Part shown: one piece after another, positions 9,254 to 18,767 of the stretch
Layout: every line of letters begins with the position of its first letter
Position numbering within the stretch: the stretch's first letter is position 1
Assembly (NCBI RefSeq): GCF_039541115.1
Contig: NZ_BAABFP010000002.1
Coordinates: forward strand, 992,001 to 1,056,000
Direction of reading: 5' to 3'
Origin: Angustibacter luteus
GTDB taxonomy: Bacteria; Actinomycetota; Actinomycetes; Actinomycetales; Angustibacteraceae
DNA: 64,000 nt
The notes under the pieces: generated by a model
The model's database searches: none
What the model saw: only the letters and a program-made list of their open reading frames with translations
What the model was told of the DNA's origin: nothing
Position numbers and translations under genes: made by a program

Positions 9254-11296
9254 CTAGCGCAGGAAGGCCGCGGCGACGCCCGCGTCGACGGGCACGTGCA
9301 GGCCGGTCGTGTGGGTCAGGTCCGGGCCGACGAGGGCGAACACGGCGTTCGCGACGTGCTCGGGCAGCACCTCGCGCTTGAGCAACGTGCGCTGGGCGTA
9401 GAAGGCGCCGAGGTCCTCCTCCGCCACGCCGTAGACCGCCGCCCGGTTGGCCCCCCAGCCACCGGCGAAGATGCCCGAGCCCTGCACCACGCCGTCCGGG
9501 TTGATCCCGTTGACCCGCACCCCGTACTCGCCGAGCTCGGCGGCCAGCAGCCGGACCTGGTGCGCCTGGTCGGCCTTCACCGCCGAGTAGGCGATGTTGC
9601 TCGGGCCGGCGAAGACCGAGTTCTTGGACGAGATGTACACGATGTCGCCGCCCAGCCCCTGCTCGATCAACACCTTCGCCGCGGCCCGCGCGACGAGGAA
9701 GGAGCCCTTCGCCATCACGGCGTGCTGAAGGTCCCAGTCCGCGGCCGTCGTCTCCAGCAGCGACCGGGACAGCGACAACCCGGCGTTGTTCACCACCAGG
9801 TCGAGGCCACCGAAGGCCAGCAGGGTGGCGTCGACCGCCGCCTGCACAGCTGCCTCTTCGCTGACGTCCGCCTGGACCCCGATCGCGACGTCCGGGCCGC
9901 CGATCTCGGCCGCGGCCGCCTGCGCCTTGGCCAGGTCGAGGTCGGCGATGGCCACGACCGCTCCCTCGGCTGCGAGCCGGTGCGCGATGGCCTTGCCGAT
10001 GCCGGACGCCGCCCCCGTCACCAGCGCGATCCGCGAGGCCAGCGCCTTCGGCTTGGGCATCCGGGCGAGCTTGGCCTCCTCCAGCGCCCAGTACTCGATC
10101 CGGAACTTCTCGGACTCGTCGATGGGCGCGTACGTCGACAGCCCCTCGGCGCCACGCATCACGTTGATGGCGTTGACGTAGAACTCCCCTGCCACCCGGG
10201 CGGTCTGCTTGTCCTTGCCGAAGCTGAACATGCCGACGCCGGGCACCAGCACGATCAGCGGGTCCGCACCACGGATGGCCGGCGAGCTCTCGTCGGCGTG
10301 CCGCTCGTAGTACGCCTGGTAGTCCGCCCGGTAGGCGGTGTGCAGCTCGCGCAGACGGGCGATCGACTGCTCGACGGACGCCGTCCCCGGCAGGTCCAGC
10401 AGCAGCGGCTTGACCTTCGTGCGCAGGAAGTGGTCGGGGCAGCTGGTGCCCAGCGCAGCCAGTCGCGCGTGCTCGCTGCGGGAGAGGAAGTCCAGGACCT
10501 CGTCGCTGTCGGTGAAGTGCCCCACCTGGGGCCGGTCCTGGGAGGCGATCGAGCGCACCGTGGCCGCCAGGGCGGCGGCCTTCGCCCGGCGCGCGGCGGC
10601 TCCGAGCTGCTCGAAGCCGTCGAGCACCGACCCGAACGGCTCGGGCGCGGAGTTCTCGGCGATGTACTCGGCCGCCGTGTCGATCATCCAGAGCGAGTGA
10701 CGTTCGGCCTCTTCGCTGGTGTCACCCCAGGCGGTGATCCCGTGACCGCCCAGCACGCAGCCGACCGCCTGCGGGTTGGCCGCCTGGATCGCGGCGATGT
10801 CCAGTCCCAGCTGGAAGCCCGGGCGACGCCAGGGCACCCAGACGACCTGGTCGCCGTAGACGGCTCGGGTCAGCTCCTCGCCGTCCGCCGCCGTGGCGAT
10901 CGCGATCCCGGAGTCCGGGTGCAGGTGGTCGACGTGCGGCGCGTCCACCAGGGCGTGCATCGCGGTGTCGATGGACGGCGCGGCGCCGCCCTTGCCGTGC
11001 AGGCAGTAGTCGAAAGCCGCGACCATCTCGTCCTCACGGTCGACACCGGGGTAGACGCCGACCAGGGCCTGCAGCCGATCCAGTCGCAGCACGGCCAGCC
11101 CGGCCTCCGTCAGGGTGCCGAGATCGCCCCCGGACCCCTTGACCCACAACAGGTCGACGTCCTCGCCGGTCACCGGGTCGGTCAGGCGACCCTTGGCCGA
11201 GGTGTTGCCGCCGGCGTAGTTGGTGTTCTTGGGGTCCGCCCCCAACCGGTTCGAGCGAGCGATCAGCTCCTGCGCCGTCCCTGTCGATACGTTCAC
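9254..11296 (-). CDS. rhaD: bifunctional rhamnulose-1-phosphate aldolase / short-chain dehydrogenase (RhaEW type)
   Basis: class II aldolase N-term (GGNTSAK, HLHPD, CPDHF) plus SDR C-term (TGAASGIG, NNAG, YSAVK). Confidence 0.93.
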   Translation of the reverse strand: MNVSTGTAQELIARSNRLGADPKNTNYAGGNTSAKGRLTDPVTGEDVDLLWVKGSGGDLGTLTEAGLAVLRLDRLQALVGVYPGVDREDEMVAAFDYCLHGKGGAAPSIDTAMHALVDAPHVDHLHPDSGIAIATAADGEELTRAVYGDQVVWVPWRRPGFQLGLDIAAIQAANPQAVGCVLGGHGITAWGDTSEEAERHSLWMIDTAAEYIAENSAPEPFGSVLDGFEQLGAAARRAKAAALAATVRSIASQDRPQVGHFTDSDEVLDFLSRSEHARLAALGTSCPDHFLRTKVKPLLLDLPGTASVEQSIARLRELHTAYRADYQAYYERHADESSPAIRGADPLIVLVPGVGMFSFGKDKQTARVAGEFYVNAINVMRGAEGLSTYAPIDESEKFRIEYWALEEAKLARMPKPKALASRIALVTGAASGIGKAIAHRLAAEGAVVAIADLDLAKAQAAAAEIGGPDVAIGVQADVSEEAAVQAAVDATLLAFGGLDLVVNNAGLSLSRSLLETTAADWDLQHAVMAKGSFLVARAAAKVLIEQGLGGDIVYISSKNSVFAGPSNIAYSAVKADQAHQVRLLAAELGEYGVRVNGINPDGVVQGSGIFAGGWGANRAAVYGVAEEDLGAFYAQRTLLKREVLPEHVANAVFALVGPDLTHTTGLHVPVDAGVAAAFLR

Positions 11297-11297
11297 G

Positions 11298-12461
11298 TCA
11301 GTTCCACCCTGCCTGGTTCCCGCCGACCCGGTCGGCCTCGATCTGCTCCTGGTACCCGCTGGCGAGGAACGCCTTCATCGGCTCGGCCGGCAGCCCCCGG
11401 CTGGACCGCCAGTCCGCGAGGTCGGCCCGGACGTCGGTGTAGAAGGCGTCCATCAGCACGTCGTTCGCGGCCAGCACGTCCCCGGACCGTTGGGCGGCGG
11501 CCAGCTCGTCGGCGTCGACCAGCAGCGCCCGCGCGGTCATCTCCTGCACGTTGAGCACCGAGCGGATCTGGCCGGGGATCTTCTTCTCGATGTTGTGGCA
11601 CTGGTCGAGCATGAACGCGACGCCGCTGTCCGCCCCGTACCCGCCACCACGGACCACCTCGTACAGGATCCGGAACAGCTGGAACGGGTCCGCGGCCCCC
11701 ACGATCAGGTCGTCGTCCGCGTAGAACCGGCTGTTGAAGTCGAACGCTCCCAGCTTCCCGAGCCGCAGCAGCTGGGCCACGATGAACTCGATGTTCGTGC
11801 CGGGCGCGTGGTGGCCGGTGTCCAGGCAGACGGTTGCCTTGTCCCCCAACGCGACGCAGTGCGCGTAGGACGTGCCCCAGTCCGGCACGTCCGTGTGGTA
11901 GAACGCCGGCTCGAAGAACTTGTACTCCAGGACCAGCCGATGGTCGTCCCCGAGCGCGGCGTAGATCTCGGCCAGCCCCTCGGCCAGCCGTTCCTGCCGG
12001 GCCGCGATGTCGTCCTGGCCCGGGTAGTTGGTGCCGTCGGCCAGCCAGATCTTCAGGTCGGTGGAACCGATCTCGTTCATGATGTCGATGCACATCAGGT
12101 TGTGCTCGATCGCCTTGCGCCGCACCGCGGGGTCGGGGTTGGCCAGGCTACCGAGCTTGAAGTCGTCGTCCTGGAACGTGTTGCTGTTGACGGTGCCCAG
12201 CCGCACGCCGTGCTCGACCGCGAAGGACTGCAGCGCCGCGAAGTCCTCGACCTGGTCCCACGGGATGTGCAGGGCGACCTTGGGGGCCAACCCGGTGAAC
12301 TCGTGCACCTTCGCGGCGTCGGCGATCTTCTCCTGCACCGTGCGCGGGGTCCCGGCCGAGCCGAACACCTTGAACCGGGTGCCGGAGTTGCCGTAGGCCC
12401 AGGACGGCACCTCGATGACCTGCTCGGCCAGCCGGTCGCTGATCGCGTCGAACGTCGTCAT
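11298..12461 (-). CDS. rhaI: L-rhamnose isomerase, RhaI type
   Basis: PSWAYGNSGTRF, ALHIPWD, LEYKFFEP, DTGHH, YADDDL. Confidence 0.93.
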   Translation of the reverse strand: MTTFDAISDRLAEQVIEVPSWAYGNSGTRFKVFGSAGTPRTVQEKIADAAKVHEFTGLAPKVALHIPWDQVEDFAALQSFAVEHGVRLGTVNSNTFQDDDFKLGSLANPDPAVRRKAIEHNLMCIDIMNEIGSTDLKIWLADGTNYPGQDDIAARQERLAEGLAEIYAALGDDHRLVLEYKFFEPAFYHTDVPDWGTSYAHCVALGDKATVCLDTGHHAPGTNIEFIVAQLLRLGKLGAFDFNSRFYADDDLIVGAADPFQLFRILYEVVRGGGYGADSGVAFMLDQCHNIEKKIPGQIRSVLNVQEMTARALLVDADELAAAQRSGDVLAANDVLMDAFYTDVRADLADWRSSRGLPAEPMKAFLASGYQEQIEADRVGGNQAGWN

Positions 12462-12462
12462 G

Positions 12463-12822
12463 TCACACCACTTCTGCGTCGTCGGTGCCTTGGGCGAGCT
12501 GGTCCTCGAGGTGGAAGATCTCCGTCAGCCGGTCGAAGCCCTGGTCCGGCGTCGTGCCGTCCAGGCCCTCGAAGAACGGCGCCATCTCGTCCTGCCACCG
12601 GGTGTTGACCTCGGTCCGCGCCATCCGCTGCTGGGCCAGCTCCAGGGACGGTGTCTCGAAGTAGCCGATCAGCAGGCCGTCGTCTCGCAGGAAGAGCGAG
12701 TAGTTGTGCCAGCCCGTCTCGGCCAGCGCCCGGAGCATGTCCGGCCAGACCGCCTGGTGCCGCTGGCGGTACTCCGCCAGGCGGTCGGCGCGGACCTGGA
12801 GCTGGAAGCAGACGCGCTGCAC
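12463..12822 (-). CDS. rhaM: L-rhamnose mutarotase
   Basis: EYRQRHQAVWP, NYSLF, EIFHL; purine-rich RBS before GTG 12822. Confidence 0.92.
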   Translation of the reverse strand: MQRVCFQLQVRADRLAEYRQRHQAVWPDMLRALAETGWHNYSLFLRDDGLLIGYFETPSLELAQQRMARTEVNTRWQDEMAPFFEGLDGTTPDQGFDRLTEIFHLEDQLAQGTDDAEVV

Positions 12823-12848
12823 GGGTTCCCCCCTCACGGCAGGTGGTC

Positions 12849-12885
12849 CGGTCCGGCCGGTGGCGCGCTGCCACCGGCCGGACCG
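12849..12885. other. 16-bp perfect hairpin downstream of the binding-protein gene (mRNA stabiliser or attenuator)
   Basis: CGGTCCGGCCGGTGGC-GCGCT-GCCACCGGCCGGACCG. Confidence 0.7.
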
Positions 12886-12891
12886 AGACGG

Positions 12892-13929
12892 TCAGAAGTT
12901 GAACTGGCCGATGTTGGCCTTGTTGAACACGAACGGGTCGCCGAGCAGGACGGACGCCCCGTCGCCGACGGTGAACTCGCCGAGCTTGCCCGCGGTGAAC
13001 TTGTCACCCGTCTTGCCGGTGATGGTGCCGTCGACCAGCGCCTTCGCGCCCCAGGCGGCCAGGTAACCCAGGTCCTCCGGGTTCCACAGTGCGAACTGCG
13101 TGACGGTGCCGTCCTCGACGTACTTGCGCATCTGGTTCGGCGTGCCGAGCCCGGTCACCGCGACCTTGCCCTTGTAGTCCGAGGTGCTGATGTAGCGAGC
13201 CGCCGCCGCGATGCCGACGGTGGTCGGCGAGATGATGCCCTTGAGCTGCGGGTGCGACTGCAGCAGCGCCGCGGTCTTGTCGAACGAGGTCTGGTCGTCG
13301 TCGTTGCCGTACACCGTGTCGACCAGCTTGATGTTCGGGTGGTTCGCCGCCAGGTCCTTCTTCATCAGGTCGATCCAGGAGTTCTGGTTCGTCGCGTTGG
13401 CGCTGGCCGACAGGATGGCGACCTCGCCGGCGTCGTTGACGTCCTTGGCGATCATGTCGACCTGGACCTTCGCGATGCCCTCCGCGGTGGCCTGGTTGAT
13501 GAACAGGTCGCGGCAGGACGGGTCGGTGTCCGAGTCGAAGGTGACGACCTTCGTCCCCGCCTTGCGCGCCTCGTTCAGCGCGTCGCAGATGGCCTTGGGG
13601 TCGTTCGCCGAGACCACGAGGGCCTTGACTCCCTGCTGGGCCGCGGTGTTGATGAAGGGCACCTGGGCGTCGGGGGTGCCAGTGTCCGGGCCGACCTGGG
13701 AGTACTTGCCACCGAACTCGGTGACAGCGGCGTTGCCGCCCTTGTCACTGGTGTCGAAGTAGGGGTTGCCCAGGTTCTTGGGCAGGAAGGTCACGCTGAT
13801 CGGCCCGCTGGCCTTGGTGGTCGAACCGCTGGAGCTGGAGTCGTCCGAGCTGCCGCAGCCCGCGAGCACCAGGGCGGCCGTGACGACGAGCGCCCCGAGT
13901 GCGCCCGCCCGCTTGTGGGTGAACTTCAT
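12892..13929 (-). CDS. rhamnose ABC transporter substrate-binding lipoprotein
   Basis: LAGC lipobox, PKNLGNPYF, SPTTVG, LWNP. Confidence 0.92.
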   Translation of the reverse strand: MKFTHKRAGALGALVVTAALVLAGCGSSDDSSSSGSTTKASGPISVTFLPKNLGNPYFDTSDKGGNAAVTEFGGKYSQVGPDTGTPDAQVPFINTAAQQGVKALVVSANDPKAICDALNEARKAGTKVVTFDSDTDPSCRDLFINQATAEGIAKVQVDMIAKDVNDAGEVAILSASANATNQNSWIDLMKKDLAANHPNIKLVDTVYGNDDDQTSFDKTAALLQSHPQLKGIISPTTVGIAAAARYISTSDYKGKVAVTGLGTPNQMRKYVEDGTVTQFALWNPEDLGYLAAWGAKALVDGTITGKTGDKFTAGKLGEFTVGDGASVLLGDPFVFNKANIGQFNF

Positions 13930-14993
13930 CGTTCTTCCTTCCTCGATGTGGCGTCGACGCGTTCAGGCGCGCTGGAGGAACCCAGCTGACCCTTCGTGCT
14001 GGATCCCGGGGGACGCAGGGTCGCGACCCAGCCCAGGACGCTGGTGGACATCACCGAGGCGATGAGCAGGAGCCCGATGATGATGTTGATGACGTTGACC
14101 GTCACGTCCTGCAGGCGCAGGGCGCTGGAGATGACCCCGATCAGCAGGACACCCGCGACCACGCCGTGCAGCGCGCCGCGGCCGCCGAAGATCGACACCC
14201 CGCCGAGCAGCACCGCGGCCACCACCTGCAGCTCGAGCCCGGTGGCGTTGTCACCGCGCGAGCTGCCGTAGCGCAGCGTGTAGAAGATGCCGGCGAAGGC
14301 CGCGACCGCGCCCGACATCACGAACAGCAGCAGCTTCGTGCGCGCCACGTCCACGCCGGAGAAGTGCGCGGTCTCGCGGTTCAGCCCGATGTCGAAGATG
14401 CCTCGACCGAACGTCGAGAAGTGCAGCAGCACCGCGAAACCGACGGCGAGGACGACGATCGGGATGACCACGAGGGGAAGCTGGGTGTCACCGATGCGGT
14501 CCGTGGCCAGGCTGGTCCAGCGGTCCGGGAAGTCGGTCACCGCCTTGGTGCCCAGCAGGCCGACGGCGATGCCACGGTAGAGCGCGAGCGTGCCGATCGT
14601 GACGGCCAGCGACGGCAGGCCGACGTAGGCGACGAGGAACCCGTTGAACGCCCCGCAGACCACCCCGACGACCACGGCCACCACGGCCGCCAGCGGGATC
14701 GACATGCCGTGCTGGTGCAGCAGACCAACCATGACGCTGCTCAGCCCCACGACGCTGGCCACGGACAGGTCGATCTCACCGGTGATGATGACCAGGGTCA
14801 TCGGCAGCGCGATGAGCAGGACCGGCGCGGCGTCCAGCAGCAGGTACGGAAGCGTGAGCGGCCCGCTGAAGTTGGGCACCCGGGCGCGGGCGTAGAGGAC
14901 GACGACCACCAGCAGCGCGATGACGGCGACCTCGCGGGTGAGCAGCAGTCGCTGCCAGGCCGGCTTGGCGTGGGCGGCGTAGGTCCGGGCCAT
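13926..14993 (-). CDS. sugar ABC transporter permease
   Basis: GEIDLSV, ELQVVAAVLLGG. Confidence 0.92.
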   Translation of the reverse strand: MARTYAAHAKPAWQRLLLTREVAVIALLVVVVLYARARVPNFSGPLTLPYLLLDAAPVLLIALPMTLVIITGEIDLSVASVVGLSSVMVGLLHQHGMSIPLAAVVAVVVGVVCGAFNGFLVAYVGLPSLAVTIGTLALYRGIAVGLLGTKAVTDFPDRWTSLATDRIGDTQLPLVVIPIVVLAVGFAVLLHFSTFGRGIFDIGLNRETAHFSGVDVARTKLLLFVMSGAVAAFAGIFYTLRYGSSRGDNATGLELQVVAAVLLGGVSIFGGRGALHGVVAGVLLIGVISSALRLQDVTVNVINIIIGLLLIASVMSTSVLGWVATLRPPGSSTKGQLGSSSAPERVDATSRKEER

Positions 14994-16024
14994 CAGGCGT
15001 CCCTCGCTTCGACGAGCCGGCGCGATCGTCGGTGCGCCAACGCCCGGTCGAGCACGATCGCGCCGATGATCAGCGCGCCGACGACGGCCTGCTGCCAGAA
15101 GTCGGGGATCCCCAGGATCGGCAGCGCCCGGTTGATGGTGACGAGCAGCACCGCACCGATCGCCGCGCCCCAGACCGTGCCGCTGCCGCCGAAGATGGCG
15201 ACGCCGCCGATCACGACGGCGCCGACGGCCTGGAGCTCGAGCCCCAACCCGGCGCCCGAGCTGATCGTCCCGTAGCGGGCCGCGTAGACCACGCCGGCGA
15301 GACCGGCCAGGGCGCCGCTGAGGACGAACGCGGCCGTGACCCGCTTGCGGACGCTCAGCCCGTACAGCACCGCGGCGTCGGGGTCCGAGCCGATCGCGTA
15401 CATCTCCCGGCCGCCGCGGGCGGTGTGCAGGTAGTACCCGACGGCGGCGAGGACGACGACCGCGATGATGGTCAGCACCGGCACCGACAGCACCGTCTTG
15501 GTTCCCAGCGCGAGGAAGTCGTCGGGCATGTCGGAGGCGTTGATCCGGTTGCTGCCCGCCCAGGTCAGCACGATGCCGCGGTAGATGTACAGCGTGCCCA
15601 GCGTGATGACCAGCGCCGGCACCTTGCCGAACGACACCAGCAGCCCGTTCACCAGACCGAGCACCGCACCCATCGCGAGGCCGGCCAGGAACACCGGGAC
15701 GATGCCGATCTGCGGGTGGTCGACGAACAGGCGACCGGTGAGGTAGGCCGTCAGGGCCAGGACGGACCCGACCGACAGGTCGACGTTGCGGGTGATGATG
15801 ACGACCGCCTCGCCGACGGCCAGCAGCACCAGGATCGCCGGCGTCAGCAGCAGGTCGCGCCAGCTGTTCTGGCTGAACAGGAAGCTGTCCGTCTTGGCCG
15901 TGGCCGCGGCGATGAGGACGACGAGCACGAGGGCGATCGCCAGCTCGCGCGAGGTGAGGACCGTGGTCAGGGCCCGGCGGGCGGGCGAGACGCGGCTGGG
16001 GGCGACGAGCGTGGACTCGCTCAT
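14993..16024 (-). CDS. sugar ABC transporter permease
   Basis: RNVDLSVG, ELQAVGAVVIGG; ATG 16024 overlaps ATPase stop. Confidence 0.92.
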   Translation of the reverse strand: MSESTLVAPSRVSPARRALTTVLTSRELAIALVLVVLIAAATAKTDSFLFSQNSWRDLLLTPAILVLLAVGEAVVIITRNVDLSVGSVLALTAYLTGRLFVDHPQIGIVPVFLAGLAMGAVLGLVNGLLVSFGKVPALVITLGTLYIYRGIVLTWAGSNRINASDMPDDFLALGTKTVLSVPVLTIIAVVVLAAVGYYLHTARGGREMYAIGSDPDAAVLYGLSVRKRVTAAFVLSGALAGLAGVVYAARYGTISSGAGLGLELQAVGAVVIGGVAIFGGSGTVWGAAIGAVLLVTINRALPILGIPDFWQQAVVGALIIGAIVLDRALAHRRSRRLVEARDA

Positions 16025-17535
16025 GCCGGACGCTCCAACCCGCGGGTGGCGGCGAGCATCACGGACTCCGCGGTCGCCTCGGCGCTGGGGATGTCCGCGG
16101 TGATCCGGCCCTCGCACACGACCAGGACCCGGTCCGCCATCCCGAGGACCTCGGGCAGCTCGGACGAGATCATCAGGATGGCCAGGCCCTGGCCGGCCAG
16201 CTCGGACAGGAGCCGGTGCACCTCGGCCTTGGTGCCGACGTCGATACCGCGGGTCGGCTCGTCGATGACCAGCAGCACCGGCTCGGTCGCCAGCCACTTG
16301 GCAATGACGACCTTCTGCTGGTTGCCGCCGCTCATCGTCGCGCCGCGCATGTCCAGCGCGTTGGTCTTGACCTCCAGTCGGGCCGCCCAGGTCTGCGCGG
16401 CCGCGGTCTCCATCCCGGTCGTGAGCAGTCCCGCCGCGGCGATCCGGCGGCGGATGACGCTGGCGACGTTGTGCGCCACCGAGGCCTCCGTGACCAGCCC
16501 CTGCTGACGACGGTCCTCCGGCACCAGCGCCATGCCGGCCCGGACCGCCGCCCGCGGGCTGTGCCCGGGGACGCGCTTGCCGTTCAGCCGCACGGTGCCG
16601 CGGTCGTACCGGTCGACCCCGAACACGGCTCGGGCGATCTCGCTGCGACCGGCGCCGACCAGCCCGGCCAGCGCCACGATCTCCCCGGCTCGGACCGTGA
16701 AGCCGATGTCGTGGAACACCCCGGCGGACTCCAGGCCCTCGACCTCAAGGACGACGTCGCCGATGGTGGCCGGGGTCTTCGGGAAGAGGTTGCCGACCTC
16801 GCGGCCGACCATCCGGGCGACGATCGCGTCGACCGTGGTGTCCGCGGTCGCGTCGGTGGACACGTACTCGCCGTCCCGCATCACCGTGACGGTGTCGCAC
16901 AGCGCGAACACCTCGTCGAAGCGGTGCGAGATGAACACGAGGGCACGTCCCTCGTCACGCAGGCTGCGCGCCACCTGGAACAGCCGCTCGACCTCGACCC
17001 CGCTCAGCGCGGCGGTCGGTTCGTCCATCACCAGGACGCTCGCGTCGAGCGAGATCGCCTTCGCGATCTCGATGATCTGCTGGTCGGCGATGGACAGGCC
17101 GAGCGCCGGCCGACGCGGGTCCAGGTGCACGCCGAGCCGCGCGAACAGCGCCGTCGCCTCGTCGTGCATCGCCGTGCGGTCGATCCGCCGCAGCGACCGG
17201 TGCGGCTGGCGGCCCATGAAGATGTTCTCCGTTACCGACAGGTCCGGGAACAGCACCGGCTCCTGGTAGATGACCGCGACCCCGGCCGCCTTGGACTCGG
17301 CGGTGGACGAGAAGTCGACGCTGGTGCCGTGCAGCCGCAGGTCACCACCGTCGCGCTGGTACACCCCGGCCACGATCTTGACCAGCGTCGACTTGCCGGC
17401 CCCGTTCTCGCCAACGAGCGCGTGGATCGATCCGGACCGCACGGTGAGGCTGCCGGAGCGCAGCGCGACGACGGGACCGAACGACTTGCGCACCTGGTCG
17501 AGCTGCAGGGCAGGCGGTGTCTGGCTCACCGTCAT
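16021..17535 (-). CDS. sugar ABC transporter ATP-binding protein (two NBDs)
   Basis: GENGAGKST, MDEPT, SGGNQQK, DEPTRGID. Confidence 0.94.
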   Translation of the reverse strand: MTVSQTPPALQLDQVRKSFGPVVALRSGSLTVRSGSIHALVGENGAGKSTLVKIVAGVYQRDGGDLRLHGTSVDFSSTAESKAAGVAVIYQEPVLFPDLSVTENIFMGRQPHRSLRRIDRTAMHDEATALFARLGVHLDPRRPALGLSIADQQIIEIAKAISLDASVLVMDEPTAALSGVEVERLFQVARSLRDEGRALVFISHRFDEVFALCDTVTVMRDGEYVSTDATADTTVDAIVARMVGREVGNLFPKTPATIGDVVLEVEGLESAGVFHDIGFTVRAGEIVALAGLVGAGRSEIARAVFGVDRYDRGTVRLNGKRVPGHSPRAAVRAGMALVPEDRRQQGLVTEASVAHNVASVIRRRIAAAGLLTTGMETAAAQTWAARLEVKTNALDMRGATMSGGNQQKVVIAKWLATEPVLLVIDEPTRGIDVGTKAEVHRLLSELAGQGLAILMISSELPEVLGMADRVLVVCEGRITADIPSAEATAESVMLAATRGLERPA

Positions 17536-17581
17536 CGATCGTCCGTCCTCTCGACGCCGTCGTCGGAAGTGCTGCCGTGGT

Positions 17582-17612
17582 CGTTGAATCGATTCGTTAA
17601 ATCGATTCAACG
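17582..17612. promoter_or_regulatory. tandem LacI-type operators
   Basis: CGTTGAATCGATT-CGTTA-AATCGATTCAACG; two TGAATCGATTCA-like CG-centred sites; degenerate third site at 17666-17679. Confidence 0.8.
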
Positions 17613-17688
17613 CGTCCTGCGCCGGAACTCTATGCCGACCCGATCCGGACCGTCAACCATCGGGATTGAATCGTGTTAACGTCCGCGC

Positions 17689-18699
17689 ATGCCGATCGCC
17701 CGAGTGCGTGACGTCGCCGCGCTCGCCGGCGTCTCGCCCGGCACCGTGTCCAACGCCCTGAACCACCCGGCGAAGGTCACGCCCGAGACGCTCTCCCGCA
17801 TCCAGTCGGCGATCGACGAGCTCGGCTTCGTCCGCAACGACGCCGCCCGTCAGCTGCGGGCCGGTACCAACCGGTCGGTCGGCCTGGTCGTCCTGGACGT
17901 CGCGAACCCGTTCTTCACCGACGTCGCGCACGGCGTCGAGGACGAGCTCGGGCCCGCCGACCGTCCACTGATCCTCGGCAACAGCGCGCAGTCAGCGGCC
18001 CGCGAGCTCACCTACCTGACCCTGTTCGAGGAGCAGCGGATCAGCGGGCTGCTGATCACGCCAGCGGGGAACGTCGTCGAGCGGCTGCGTCGGTTGCGCG
18101 ACCGCGGCACCGCCGTCGTCCTGGTGGACCGGCTCAGCCGCACCCGCGACTTCGCCTCGGTGTCGGTGGACGACCGGCTCGGCGGGCGCCTGGCCGCCGA
18201 GCACCTGCTGGACGTCGGCCGGCGGCGGATCGCCTTCATCGGTGGCCCGCTGGGCATCACCCAGGTCAAGACCCGCCTGAAGGCCGCGCAGGACGCGGTC
18301 GCCCGGTTCGGCTCCGGCGAGCTGGTCGTCATGGCCAGCGCGACCATGGACGCGACGGCCGGACGCCTTGCGGCAGAGGAGTTCCTGGCGCTACCCCGGC
18401 GCCGTCGTCCGGACGCCGTCTTCGCCGCCAACGATCTCGTCGCGCTCGGCGTCCTGCAGGCTCTGACCATGGCCGGCGTCCGCGTGCCGGACGACGTGGC
18501 GATCATCGGCTACGACGACATCGACTTCGCGGCGTCCGCGGCGATCCCGTTGTCATCGGTCCGGCAGCCGGCTCACGAGATGGGCGCGGCGGCGGCCCGG
18601 ATCCTGCTCGAGGTGATCGCCGACCCGGACCAGGCGAACCCCCGGCACACCACGTTCAAGCCCGAGCTGGTCGCGCGAGCCTCCACCCGCTCGTCGTAA
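17689..18699 (+). CDS. LacI-family regulator of the rhamnose operon
   Basis: RDVAALAGVSPGTVS HTH, NPFF, IIGYDD; divergent from operon. Confidence 0.93.
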   Translation: MPIARVRDVAALAGVSPGTVSNALNHPAKVTPETLSRIQSAIDELGFVRNDAARQLRAGTNRSVGLVVLDVANPFFTDVAHGVEDELGPADRPLILGNSAQSAARELTYLTLFEEQRISGLLITPAGNVVERLRRLRDRGTAVVLVDRLSRTRDFASVSVDDRLGGRLAAEHLLDVGRRRIAFIGGPLGITQVKTRLKAAQDAVARFGSGELVVMASATMDATAGRLAAEEFLALPRRRRPDAVFAANDLVALGVLQALTMAGVRVPDDVAIIGYDDIDFAASAAIPLSSVRQPAHEMGAAAARILLEVIADPDQANPRHTTFKPELVARASTRSS

Positions 18700-18704
18700 C
18701 CACA

Positions 18705-18750
18705 GATCGTGGCAACGACGCATCGCGGGGGATGCGCCGTTGCCACGATC
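18705..18750. terminator. 20-bp inverted repeat between convergent genes (bidirectional terminator or REP-like element)
   Basis: GATCGTGGCAACGACGCATC-GCGGGG-GATGCGCCGTTGCCACGATC, one mismatch. Confidence 0.65.
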
Positions 18751-18767
18751 GGGGAAGTGGCCGGGGG

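Noticed and set aside
14993..16297. Frameshifts or N-terminal extensions suggested by ORF-track starts (also 38935..40371, 59718..61496, 60791..62242, 47660..48991)
   Set aside because: Each has an internal start coupled to the upstream stop or with an RBS; no pseudogene evidence.
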